Shown here piece by piece: positions 1 through 8,957 of a stretch of DNA of 64,000 bases. This stretch comes from Clostridiales bacterium (GTDB taxonomy: Bacteria > Bacillota > Clostridia > Oscillospirales > Acutalibacteraceae). Numbering within the stretch: the stretch's first letter is position 1; the number at the start of each line of letters is the position of its first letter. The translations under genes and the position numbers were made by a program. The stretch lies in contig JAILBY010000026.1 of assembly GCA_024680655.1 (NCBI GenBank), forward strand, positions 4,109 through 68,108, given 5' to 3'. The notes below the pieces were generated by a model. The model searched no databases, was not told the DNA's origin, and worked only from the letters and a program-made list of their open reading frames with translations.

Positions 1-1
1 C

Positions 2-469
2 CATGTTCCGCTTTTGGCCAAAATGCACTATTGGAGCGAGGAGATACGGAACGAGGCCGCGATGGTAAAAGTCCTGCAAGACTTTAACGCGGGCGCGCGG
101 ACGGACAACCAGGCGCCAGGCTTGGCCAACGCGCGGTCGGACAACCAGGCCTCGGACTTGGCCAGCGCGCGGTCGAGCAACCAAGCATCGGGCGCGGCTG
201 GGCAAAAAGGCCGCCTGCTTGCCTTTGTCCACGGCCACATCCACGCCGATTGGGTCAACAGCGCCGACTTGTCCTTCCCAATCGTGTCAATCGGCTGCGC
301 AAAGGTTGAGGACGACCAAGTCAAAAAGTCCGCAGGCTCCACCACCTATAGCCGCGCCCTTGGCGACGCGACGCAAGACCTGTGGGACGCGCTGGTGGTC
401 AACACTCGGACGGGGCGCTTGGACTTTATCCGCTTTGGCGCCGGCGAGGACAGGACTCTGGGGGAGTAG
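2..469 (+). CDS. Metallophosphoesterase-like protein, C-terminal part (5' end lies outside the window)
   Basis: The frame is open from nt 2 to the left edge. The GHxH motif in LLAFVHGHIHAD is typical of calcineurin-like phosphoesterases. GC is about 60%, unlike the rest of the window. Confidence 0.5.
   Translation, partial: HVPLLAKMHYWSEEIRNEAAMVKVLQDFNAGARTDNQAPGLANARSDNQASDLASARSSNQASGAAGQKGRLLAFVHGHIHADWVNSADLSFPIVSIGCAKVEDDQVKKSAGSTTYSRALGDATQDLWDALVVNTRTGRLDFIRFGAGEDRTLGE
95..199 (+). repeat. 36-nt in-frame tandem repeat, about 2.9 copies, inside the flank gene
   Basis: Units at 95-130, 131-166 and 167-199 (gcgcggNcggacaaccaggc...ttggccaRc). They encode ARTDNQAPGLAN / ARSDNQASDLAS / ARSSNQASG. 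Confidence 0.85.
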
Positions 470-486
470 AGGGGGAAATCGGCGAG

Positions 487-2010
487 ATGAAAGACTCAAG
501 CTTTTCTTTTGTAACAAAACGATGCTCTGCCCTGACGGAAGACGAAATGAATTCTGCGTCCGCTTTGTTTTCAAATAATTATGGAAGCTACAGCTTGTCT
601 CATCCAGTTTCAAAATTTCGCGGCCGGCAGATAAGGCTTCCTCCGTCATATTATCAAAGGTTAACGGAAAAGCCGTGCAACTATGTCGCGTTTGCCTATT
701 ATAAAGAAAGATTAATTGGCCAAGCTTTTTATGTTGTGGAGCAAAGCGGCAAGGGAAAAATGACTTGGGTCATTCAGCTTGTCGTTGACAAAGCCTTTAG
801 ACGGCGGCAAGTGGCAAAAAAGCTTTTGTTTTCTATATGGGGCTTTTCCAATGACTTTGCCTGGGGGCTTGCCACAACAAACCCGGTGACGATAAAAACA
901 TTGGAATCTGCGACCATGCGAAAGGTTTCGTTGTCCTCAATGCAAAAGAATGTCAGCTATATAAAGCAGGCTTCTAAAAACATAGAGTTTGTGAATGAAG
1001 ACACTATTGAAATTTCTGAGAATAATTCAACTGTAAATTCAACTTTTTTTGTGAGCCACAACGATATTCCTAAGTTGATAAACTCTTATGGAAAAAATTG
1101 GATTTTTGGCGATTTGCAAGAAGGTTATGAATGGTTGGCTTTTGCTTTTAAAAGCCAAGACTTAAAGCCAATATCTAAGAAAGATTTTGAAAAGATAATC
1201 GCCCACTCTGAGAAGTGCCTGGTTGACGCGTATTCCAGAATGGATATGAAAAACCATCCTTGGACAAAATATACGCGCGACGAAGTAGACTATATGGAAC
1301 AGTTTATTCCCATAGCAAGTGGAAAAGATTCTGTTATTGTTGATGTTGGCTGCGGCATTGGTCGGCATGTTGCGGAATTGTATAGGCGAGGCTATAAAAA
1401 TGTTTATGGCTATGACTTTTCTAACCGACTTTTGGAAGATGCAAAAACAAACAATCCTGAAATCGCCGACCGTTTTTTGCTGGGGGATTTTAGGAGCTTC
1501 TGCCCGCCGCAGAAAGCAGATTTTGTTATCTGCGTTTATGATGTGATAGGTTCTTTTGCCGACCAAAGACAAAATGACAAGATTGTTCGGAACATAAAGA
1601 AGATGTTAAAAAAAGGCGGACGAGCCATTGTGTCTGTTATGAATATGGAATTGACAGGGAATGTCGCCCGCCATAAATTTGATGTGTACGCAAATCCAAA
1701 GTCATTGTTCAAGCTAAAGGCCTCTAGCGTTATGCAGGAAACGGGCAACATTTTTAATCCGGACTATTATGTGATAGACACACATAGCGGCGCTGTGTTT
1801 AGAAAAGAAATGTTTACTAATGATGGTTATTTGGATTCTGAATACATTGTCAGAGACCGCCGCTACACAATGGCGGAAATTTGCGCGATGTTTAAGAAAC
1901 ATGGAATGTCAGTTTTGGACGCTCGCTATGTCCAAGCCGGAAGATGGGATTTTTCTTTGAAAAATACGGATTTGAAGGCCAAAGAAATTTTGTTGGTGGC
2001 GCAAAAGTAA
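487..2010 (+). CDS. GNAT-like acyltransferase fused to a class I SAM-dependent methyltransferase
   Basis: Track ORF 382-2010 trimmed to ATG 487, the first ATG after the upstream stop at 469. GNAT-like core: WVIQLVVDKAFRRRQVAKKLL. MTase motif I VDVGCGIGRH, plus DFVICVYDV and LKKGGRAIVSV. Confidence 0.7.
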   Translation: MKDSSFSFVTKRCSALTEDEMNSASALFSNNYGSYSLSHPVSKFRGRQIRLPPSYYQRLTEKPCNYVAFAYYKERLIGQAFYVVEQSGKGKMTWVIQLVVDKAFRRRQVAKKLLFSIWGFSNDFAWGLATTNPVTIKTLESATMRKVSLSSMQKNVSYIKQASKNIEFVNEDTIEISENNSTVNSTFFVSHNDIPKLINSYGKNWIFGDLQEGYEWLAFAFKSQDLKPISKKDFEKIIAHSEKCLVDAYSRMDMKNHPWTKYTRDEVDYMEQFIPIASGKDSVIVDVGCGIGRHVAELYRRGYKNVYGYDFSNRLLEDAKTNNPEIADRFLLGDFRSFCPPQKADFVICVYDVIGSFADQRQNDKIVRNIKKMLKKGGRAIVSVMNMELTGNVARHKFDVYANPKSLFKLKASSVMQETGNIFNPDYYVIDTHSGAVFRKEMFTNDGYLDSEYIVRDRRYTMAEICAMFKKHGMSVLDARYVQAGRWDFSLKNTDLKAKEILLVAQK

Positions 2011-2019
2011 GGAGCGGTC

Positions 2020-3279
2020 TTGACTTTTTTTAGCAAAGAACAAAACTACATACGCTATCGCAAGCTCAAAGCCTTTTGCAACTCGCTGGCTTTTTATTTG
2101 TGCCGAGTGTTTCCTATCGACAAAGAGCTTGTTTCTGTTTGTACGTTTGAAGGAAAGGGCGGTTTTGGCTGCAATCCAAAGTATATTGTTCAAGAGCTTC
2201 ATAAACGAACCCCTGATTTGAAGTTTGTTTGGTTCGTGAACGACATGGCAAAGGAATTTCCTGATTACATAAAGAAAGTTCCAAACACCTTGTGGAGCCG
2301 CGCCTATTGGCTGACCCGCTCAAAGGTGTGGATAGATAATTATCGAAAACCATACGGTACGGTGAAGCGTCGCGGCCAATATTACTTGAATGTCAACCAT
2401 TATACGATTGGAATAAAATGCACCGGCTTGTACAGGGGCGCCGGTTTTTCCAAAATGGCCTACATTGTAAGCAAGAACGATTCTGACATGGTTGACGACT
2501 TTGTAATTGATTCTGATTGGTGCGAGCAGATTTCTCCCCAGGCTCTTGTTTATGGCGGAACATACTTAAAGACAGGCGCTCCGCGTTGCGACATTCTTTT
2601 TGGCGACAGAAGCGCGCAAAAAAGAGCCTTTAGGCAAAAGCATAATTTGCCGTCGGACGCAAAAGTTCTTATGTACGCTCCCACTTTTAGGGAAGGTGCG
2701 CAAAACGGAAAGCGCTTTGTTTTTAGCGAAGTGTGGACAATCGACTTTGAGCGGCTATTAAAAAGGTTTGAAAAAAAGTTTAGCGGGGCATGGTATTTGT
2801 GCGTTCGCGTTCATCCGCAGCTCGCGCCCACTTTTAAGGAGTACAAAAATCCCGCCATACAAGACCGCCTTATAGACGAAAGCCAGGCGGACGACTTTTA
2901 CGAAATATTGGCCGGCATGGACGCTTACATAACCGATTATTCCAGCGCGTGTTTTGAGGCTGGCTTTGCAAAAATTCCGGTATTCCTGTACGCCGACGAC
3001 GTAAAAAAATACACGCATGACCGTGGCCAGCTTATGTGGAACATGGCCGCCGACAGCCGCAATGAAGTTGGCAACAACAAGGACATCACGCCTATGTTTG
3101 ACGTTCGTTTGCCCTTTACGCTGGCGCAAAACAATGGCGAGCTTATGCAGGATATACAGAGTTTTGACGCGAGCTCTTATAATGACAAATTGGACGCCTT
3201 TTACAACAAGTTGGGTCTTGTGTTTAACGGGAACGCAAGCAAGAAATTGGCTGAAGTGGTGGAAGAAAAGCTTAAGTAG
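2020..3279 (+). CDS. CDP-glycerol glycerophosphotransferase family protein (TagB/TagF-like)
   Basis: TTG start 8 nt after aggag. Family motifs: VLMYAPTFREG, VRVHPQ, ITDYSSACFEAGF. Confidence 0.85.
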   Translation: MTFFSKEQNYIRYRKLKAFCNSLAFYLCRVFPIDKELVSVCTFEGKGGFGCNPKYIVQELHKRTPDLKFVWFVNDMAKEFPDYIKKVPNTLWSRAYWLTRSKVWIDNYRKPYGTVKRRGQYYLNVNHYTIGIKCTGLYRGAGFSKMAYIVSKNDSDMVDDFVIDSDWCEQISPQALVYGGTYLKTGAPRCDILFGDRSAQKRAFRQKHNLPSDAKVLMYAPTFREGAQNGKRFVFSEVWTIDFERLLKRFEKKFSGAWYLCVRVHPQLAPTFKEYKNPAIQDRLIDESQADDFYEILAGMDAYITDYSSACFEAGFAKIPVFLYADDVKKYTHDRGQLMWNMAADSRNEVGNNKDITPMFDVRLPFTLAQNNGELMQDIQSFDASSYNDKLDAFYNKLGLVFNGNASKKLAEVVEEKLK

Positions 3280-3305
3280 TTTTTTGGGGCCATTTGCAAC
3301 TCCTG

Positions 3306-3336
3306 TTTAGTTGATTTTTGCCTAAATTCAACTAAA
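3306..3336 (+). terminator. AT-rich hairpin downstream of the TagF-like gene (weak intrinsic terminator candidate)
   Basis: Perfect 9-bp arms tttagttga (3306-3314) and tcaactaaa (3328-3336), 27 nt after the stop at 3279. A T-rich stretch follows. Confidence 0.3.
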
Positions 3337-3342
3337 TAAATA

Positions 3343-3370
3343 TTGATTTTTGGATAGATTGTGATATAAT
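3343..3370 (+). promoter_or_regulatory. sigma70-type promoter with extended -10
   Basis: TTGATT (3343-3348), 16-nt spacer, TGaTATAAT (3362-3370). It lies directly upstream of the ATPase gene. Confidence 0.55.
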
Positions 3371-3388
3371 ATGCGTCAAGAGGTTCTT

Positions 3389-4546
3389 ATGGAGCGCAAA
3401 ACAAAGAGAATTCTTGATGTTTCTGACTTAATTAGTAAAAAGTCGCTTTTTTTGTTCGGGCCAAGGCAAACGGGAAAGTCAACTCTTGTTGACCAGCTTC
3501 CCGAGAAAACCTTCGCCCTAAAGTGGAATCTTCTAAAAGGAAAGCTCCGCTTGCAGATTAAGGCAAACCCCAGTTATTTGACGGAGCAGGCGGAACTACT
3601 TGATTTGCATGACTGCGCGATTTTCATTGATGAAATCCAGCTGTGCCCAGAACTGTTGAACGAGTGCCATCTTTTGATTGAAGGGCGCAATATCCGCTTT
3701 CTTCTTACTGGCTCTTCGGCGAGAAAACTGCGCTCGTATGGAACTAACCTTTTGGGCGGAAGAGCTTGGGAGCGCCATTTGCATCCGTTCACTTTTGCCG
3801 AAGTTGGAACAGACGCAAATTACAATCTGCCGTATATTTTTGAACACGGTCTTTTGCCGTCAATGTTCTATTCAACCGACATAGAAGAGGACTTGTCTTC
3901 ATATATCGGAACCTATCTTACGGAAGAAATTTCCGCGGAAGGAACCGCCCGCAATTTGGGGGCGTTCGCGCGTTTCTTAAAAACAGCGGCGTTGACAAAC
4001 GGGCAGCTGTTGAACTACGCGAACATTGCAAGCGATTCGCAAGTTCCTGTTCAGACTGTAAAGCAGTGGTACAAGGTTCTTGAAGACACTTTGCTTGGTT
4101 TTATAGTGGAACCGTACACCGCCGGCAAAAAAAGAAAAAGCGTGAGCGTTTCAAAATTTTATCTGTTTGATATTGCCGTTGCGCGCGCGCTGCAAAACAT
4201 TTCTGTCCCCGGCGAGGCGAACGAAGAATTTGGCGAATGTTTTGAGCAGCTTGTGTGCATGGAGTTAAAGGCCTGGATTTCTTATAAAAGTCCGCGTTCG
4301 CGCCTTGCTTTTTGGCGGACAACAAGCGGGAATGAAGTTGACTTTTGCCTTGATGACGAACTTGCGATAGAAGTAAAATCGACGGACACAGTCACAGATA
4401 GGCACTTGAAGGGACTTAGAGCGTTGCGGGAGGAAGGAATCTTCAAGCGCTACATTGTTGTTTGCCGTGAAGAATATCCGCGCAAGGTTGACGGAATTGA
4501 AATTCTTCCGTGGAAATATTTTTTTGAGTCTTTGTGGAATGGGTGA
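3389..4546 (+). CDS. AAA+ ATPase with C-terminal PD-(D/E)xK-like domain (AAA_14/DUF4143-type architecture)
   Basis: Walker A FGPRQTGKST, Walker B-like AIFIDEIQ. C-terminal NEVDFCLDDELAIEVKS resembles a D...ExK nuclease motif. Start moved to ATG 3389 (aagagg 6 nt upstream) because the -10 box abuts ATG 3371. Confidence 0.8.
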   Translation: MERKTKRILDVSDLISKKSLFLFGPRQTGKSTLVDQLPEKTFALKWNLLKGKLRLQIKANPSYLTEQAELLDLHDCAIFIDEIQLCPELLNECHLLIEGRNIRFLLTGSSARKLRSYGTNLLGGRAWERHLHPFTFAEVGTDANYNLPYIFEHGLLPSMFYSTDIEEDLSSYIGTYLTEEISAEGTARNLGAFARFLKTAALTNGQLLNYANIASDSQVPVQTVKQWYKVLEDTLLGFIVEPYTAGKKRKSVSVSKFYLFDIAVARALQNISVPGEANEEFGECFEQLVCMELKAWISYKSPRSRLAFWRTTSGNEVDFCLDDELAIEVKSTDTVTDRHLKGLRALREEGIFKRYIVVCREEYPRKVDGIEILPWKYFFESLWNG

Positions 4547-4594
4547 AGGTGGCGGCGGAAACTCGCAACTGTTAAAAAGTTAGGCAAAACAACC

Positions 4595-6679
4595 ATGGAA
4601 TCAAAAAGCAAATTTGACTACGAAGTGGAAGCCTTTGAAAAAGCTTTTGCGGATATGCGCGACAAACGAATCGCTTTGTACGGAACAGGCCGCATGACGG
4701 CCACGTTGTTGGAGCGGTTGAAAGGCTTTAACATCGTAGGAGTTCTTGATAAAAACTCAGAATTGGTCGGCTCTTATGTATTTGGAAAAGAGGTTCTTGA
4801 CCAAAAAAAAGCTGAGTCTGTTGCCGACCTTATAGTTATTAACACTTCTGGGGCTTATTGGGATACAATTTATCAAAGAATAGCGGATTATAAAATACCA
4901 ATATATTATCGCAACGGCGAATTGGCTTGCAATAAGGCCAAGGATTTTGAAAGCAACGAGTATTGGGAAAAAAATGAAGAGGATTTGCGGAGCCAAATTT
5001 TAAAAGCCGATGTCATTTCTTTTGATGTTTTTGACACCTTGCTTGTTAGAAGGGTGACCGACAATATGGATGTTTTTCGTATTGTCGAAGACAAGTTGCG
5101 CTTAAAATATGGCGATTTAAATTTTGTTCAAATCAGAAAACAAGCTGCAGGAATAAATGCAAACCCGACAATCGATGAAATTTATGGCGCTGTCAAAGAT
5201 TTGTCCGGTTGGCCAGATAAATGCATAAACTGCGCGAAACAGGCCGAAATAGATACCGAGATGGCTCTGATAGCGCCACGGACCGCTGTCGTGGATTTGT
5301 ACCGCGAGGCTGTCAAATGCAAAGACGTGTATCTTGTGAGCGACATGTATTTTCCCAAGGAAATTATATGTGATTTTTTAACAAGCGTTGGTGTATCCAT
5401 TGATATTAACCATATCGTTGTTTCTTGCGACTATAAAAAAAGCAAGCAAGACGGCGCCTTGTGGGAGCATTATTCCACTGCATTTGTGAAGGGGAGAAAG
5501 GCTCTTCACATTGGCGATGATGTCAAAGGAGATGTCATTGAGCCCGCTCGTTTTGGCATAAAGACTTATGAAGTGTGGAGCGAGGCTAAGTTGGTGGAAA
5601 ACTCGTATTTGAGCGGCACAAATGCGTTTGCGAATTCGACTTTTGAATCTATTTTGTGTTCGACTCTGACAAATAAAATATGCAACGATCCATTTTGCTT
5701 TCATAAGAGCAAAGGAAAAGTTGTTTTTTCAAATGAGAAGGAAGCAGGATATGTTCTGCTTGGGGCAGTTGTCTATGTCTTTTGCAGTTGGCTTTTGGAG
5801 CAGGCAAAAAAAGATAATGTTGCGCAGCTTCTTTTTCTGGCAAGGGATGGATATCTAATAAAAAAAATGTTTTTTGCGTATTGCAATCTGATTGGCGAAA
5901 AAAACATGCCAGAGCTTGTTTACTTGGAAACTTCAAGGCGGGCTGTTTTAACCGCTTTTATCCGAACAAAGGACGATATTGCGGAGGTGGCTGATTTTCC
6001 GTATAACGGCGCAAGAAAAGATTTCTTTTATGACAGGTTTGGAATAGAAGTGGCCGACGCCGAAAAAGAACCTCTTTATTATGCGGACGAAATACTAAAA
6101 GAGGCAGAGCGCGAAAGAAAGAATTACTTGCGATATCTTGATTCGCTGAATATTAAAGACGATTGCGCTGTAATAGACACATTGCTGTATGGAACCGTTC
6201 AGTACTATCTTGGAAAAATTTCGCGGCGTAATTTTTTAGGGTATTATCTATGCGTCCGGCTTGATTCTGCCAACCGTTATCTTGTGTCAAATAAAATGAA
6301 AGGCTGCTTTTGCGGAGAACACGGCGAGCAGTCTAACATCTGCAAGAATAATGTTTTTTCGGATTCGTTTTTTACGGCTCCAAACGGCATGATGGAATGT
6401 GTTTGCGATGACGGAACGATAAAATACAAGCCTAATGGAAAAAGTCAGGAAAACTTTGCCGTAAGAGAGGATATGCTTGACGGAATAATTGATTTTATGA
6501 AGGATGTCGAAGCTGTGAAAAAAGCTTCCGGCGTTTCCTATACGAATTCTTCGGAGTGGGCTGACAAGGCTTTTGGAATATTGATGCAAGGCGCGTTTGA
6601 ACCTACCGCAAAAATGAAAGAAGCCTTTTATTATGACAATGGGATTGCCGGCAGGCAGGAATCGGCCATATTTGAATAA
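4595..6679 (+). CDS. Rossmann-like module + HAD-superfamily hydrolase-like domain + large uncharacterised C-terminal region
   Basis: N-terminal RIALYGTGRMT...VGVLDKN. HAD motif I ISFDVFDTLLVRR, late motif HIGDDVKGDV. The C-terminal half contains LLFLARDGYLI. Confidence 0.65.
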   Translation: MESKSKFDYEVEAFEKAFADMRDKRIALYGTGRMTATLLERLKGFNIVGVLDKNSELVGSYVFGKEVLDQKKAESVADLIVINTSGAYWDTIYQRIADYKIPIYYRNGELACNKAKDFESNEYWEKNEEDLRSQILKADVISFDVFDTLLVRRVTDNMDVFRIVEDKLRLKYGDLNFVQIRKQAAGINANPTIDEIYGAVKDLSGWPDKCINCAKQAEIDTEMALIAPRTAVVDLYREAVKCKDVYLVSDMYFPKEIICDFLTSVGVSIDINHIVVSCDYKKSKQDGALWEHYSTAFVKGRKALHIGDDVKGDVIEPARFGIKTYEVWSEAKLVENSYLSGTNAFANSTFESILCSTLTNKICNDPFCFHKSKGKVVFSNEKEAGYVLLGAVVYVFCSWLLEQAKKDNVAQLLFLARDGYLIKKMFFAYCNLIGEKNMPELVYLETSRRAVLTAFIRTKDDIAEVADFPYNGARKDFFYDRFGIEVADAEKEPLYYADEILKEAERERKNYLRYLDSLNIKDDCAVIDTLLYGTVQYYLGKISRRNFLGYYLCVRLDSANRYLVSNKMKGCFCGEHGEQSNICKNNVFSDSFFTAPNGMMECVCDDGTIKYKPNGKSQENFAVREDMLDGIIDFMKDVEAVKKASGVSYTNSSEWADKAFGILMQGAFEPTAKMKEAFYYDNGIAGRQESAIFE

Positions 6680-6698
6680 CGCGCAAGGAGTTTGAGGT

Positions 6699-7817
6699 TT
6701 GAATCATTTTTCAGACGACTGGAAAAACTTAAAGCATATTGTCCTGTATGGGTATGGAAATGTTGGAAAGGCGTGCTTTAACAAAATAAAGTCTGATTTT
6801 TCCGTAGATTTCATAATGGACAAGGATACGGAAAAATTAAAAAAAGGCGCATTCGGCGTTCCCGTGCTTTCTCCAAAAGACGGTTTGGCGGCTCTTGACG
6901 GTCAGAAAATCATTGTAATGACAGGCGGAAGAGTTTATCAAGAAATATCCGATTTTCTAAAAAACGAAGGCCTAGTGGAGTTTAAGGATTATTGCGGCAT
7001 TGAGTATTTGATAACTCATTGGTACTGGGAAGTAAAAGGCCTGAACTGCGTGATGGAGCTGCACAGCGCCTTAACAATGGATTGCACGTTAAAATGCAAA
7101 AATTGCAATATGTTTGTTCCGTTTTATGAAAAAAGCGTGTCGTATGACTTGCACAGCCTTAAAGAAGATGTTGACGCGCTTTTTAAGTATGTTGATTATG
7201 TTTTTTGCTATACTTTGCTTGGCGGAGAGCCTTTTTTGTATAAGCAGATTGGGGAATTTATTCAATATCTAGCGACATCATACAGAAATAAGATTGGAAC
7301 GATAAAAATAATAACAAACGGCACTTTGATTCCAAAAACAGAAACAATTGACGCGCTTTGCAAGTTTAATATTTGGGTAAGCGTGAGCGATTATACAACT
7401 TGCGTTCCATACCAAAAACGATTGGAAGAGTTGAAGACTGTTTTTGAAAATAACGGCGTTGATTATACAATTGCAAGCCAGGGCAACTGGTTAGCCTTTG
7501 GTTTTCCCAATGCCCCTGCTTGCATTGACAAAGAATATTGCGCCGCCCACATGAAAAACTGTTCTCCCATTTTTCACGGCTACAATGACAAAAAAATATT
7601 TTATTGCCATGTGGCGTGGAGCGCCGAAAAAATCGGGAAGTATGTTCTGCAAGAAAAAGATTTTGTTGACTTGGAGAAGTTGCCTGTGAGCGACAGGCAT
7701 GTCATTGCGGAACATTGCTTGGGCAACATAAAAGACGGCTATGTTAGTTTTTGTCGTGTGTGCGGCGGTTGTGGAAATGACAATGAGAATGTCGTTCCTG
7801 CCGGCGAGCAGGAGTAG
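6699..7817 (+). CDS. Rossmann-like module + radical SAM enzyme with Cys-rich (SPASM/twitch-like) C-terminus
   Basis: TTG start 8 nt after aaggag. HIVLYGYGNVGKA module. CxxxCxxC in CTLKCKNCNM. C-terminal CRVCGGCG. Confidence 0.8.
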   Translation: MNHFSDDWKNLKHIVLYGYGNVGKACFNKIKSDFSVDFIMDKDTEKLKKGAFGVPVLSPKDGLAALDGQKIIVMTGGRVYQEISDFLKNEGLVEFKDYCGIEYLITHWYWEVKGLNCVMELHSALTMDCTLKCKNCNMFVPFYEKSVSYDLHSLKEDVDALFKYVDYVFCYTLLGGEPFLYKQIGEFIQYLATSYRNKIGTIKIITNGTLIPKTETIDALCKFNIWVSVSDYTTCVPYQKRLEELKTVFENNGVDYTIASQGNWLAFGFPNAPACIDKEYCAAHMKNCSPIFHGYNDKKIFYCHVAWSAEKIGKYVLQEKDFVDLEKLPVSDRHVIAEHCLGNIKDGYVSFCRVCGGCGNDNENVVPAGEQE

Positions 7818-7825
7818 GGGGGGGG
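7817..7825 (+). repeat. Poly-G tract (G9) filling the junction between two genes
   Basis: The first G is the last base of stop TAG 7815-7817 and the last G abuts ATG 7826. It is the longest G run in an AT-rich window. Confidence 0.95.
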
Positions 7826-8929
7826 ATGATTTCGTTTAGAAATTGTACAATGAATGAAGCCGTTGATAGATTTTCTAAGAGGCGGATAATTCCCTTTGGT
7901 ACTGGCCTTTGGTTTAATTATTTACAATATACAGATTTGCGCTTGTTGAATGAAAATTATGTGTACGCAATTGATAACAATCTCCAACGTACAGAAGTTG
8001 AATTTTGCAATAGGCGTTTGCCTGTGCGCGGCGTTGATTCTTTGCTGCGGGAAACAGATGCGGTTGTAATTATTACTAGCCCAATCCATATGTATGATAT
8101 GTATACGCAGCTAAGCGCAATGAACCTTCCTGATACCATAGAATGCTATGCGCTACCGTTTGTCCAATTGGTTAGTGATGCTAATTATTCAAAATTGGAG
8201 GAGCGGCGCGCAATAAATTGCAAAAATTTAAATAAAATACCAAAGATAATTCATTGCTTTTGGTTTAGCGGTGATGAAAAACCAGAAAGTTATAAACGTT
8301 GCTTTGATACATGGAAGAAAGTGTGTCCTGACTATCAAATAATTGAATGGTCAAAAGATAATTATGATTATAAAAAAAATGAATTTTGTAAAAAAGCAAT
8401 AGAACTGGGGGCGTGGGCTTTTGCCTCTGATTTTGCGCGTCTTGATGTAGTGCATAGGATGGGTGGATTCTACATGGATATGGATGTTGAGTTGCTAAAG
8501 CCATTGGATGACTTTTTAGGCAACGAGGGCGTTTTTTCTTTTAGCAATAATATAACTGTTGATTTAGCTGTTTTTGGCGCCGCCAAAGGCAATGTTCTGG
8601 TAAAGAAATTGTTGGACTTGTATTCTAAGGTTGACATTCCCAATACTAGAAAGGAGTTTGACAAGTGTTTTCAGCCAAATATTATTTTGCCAACCTTGCT
8701 TGACTATGGATTAAAATGTGATGGAAGTTTTCAGATTGTCGAAAAAAATGCCTTCCTCCCAAGATGTTATTTTATGCCGATGGATTTGGTCTTGTTTGAA
8801 CTTGCCGCTAAAAATGAACGCACTTATGCTATTCATTGGGATAATTTTGGTTGGTATTCTGGCGGCAATGACACGCGTAAGAATAAAGAGGTTAATAATA
8901 GAAAGTTGTGGGCGATGCTAGGGGAGTAA
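7826..8929 (+). CDS. Degenerate Rossmann-like module + GT32/Gly_transf_sug-type glycosyltransferase (DXD)
   Basis: IPKIIHCFWFSGDEKPESYKRCFDTWKK and ASDFARLDVVHRMGGFYMDMDVE are typical of the sugar-binding DXD family. The N-terminus reads RRIIPFGTGLWF. Confidence 0.65.
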   Translation: MISFRNCTMNEAVDRFSKRRIIPFGTGLWFNYLQYTDLRLLNENYVYAIDNNLQRTEVEFCNRRLPVRGVDSLLRETDAVVIITSPIHMYDMYTQLSAMNLPDTIECYALPFVQLVSDANYSKLEERRAINCKNLNKIPKIIHCFWFSGDEKPESYKRCFDTWKKVCPDYQIIEWSKDNYDYKKNEFCKKAIELGAWAFASDFARLDVVHRMGGFYMDMDVELLKPLDDFLGNEGVFSFSNNITVDLAVFGAAKGNVLVKKLLDLYSKVDIPNTRKEFDKCFQPNIILPTLLDYGLKCDGSFQIVEKNAFLPRCYFMPMDLVLFELAAKNERTYAIHWDNFGWYSGGNDTRKNKEVNNRKLWAMLGE

Positions 8930-8957
8930 TGCATGAACTCAAATCGATATTTAGGAG

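Noticed and set aside
219-649. Overlapping alternative-frame ORFs (219-578 +, 287-649 -, and the 382-486 N-terminal extension of the GNAT-MTase ORF)
   Set aside because: Long open frames are expected in the GC-rich flank. They overlap the better-supported metallophosphoesterase-like frame, and their Pro/Arg/Ala-rich translations look spurious. ATG 487 follows the upstream stop.
3371-3388. ATG 3371 as the start of the ATPase gene; likewise the extended track starts at 30110, 33653, 42736, 45431 and 61725
   Set aside because: At 3371 the -10 box abuts the ATG. For the others, a downstream ATG has a properly spaced AGGAG-type site or an ATGA overlap with the upstream stop, while the extensions overlap upstream genes or relics.
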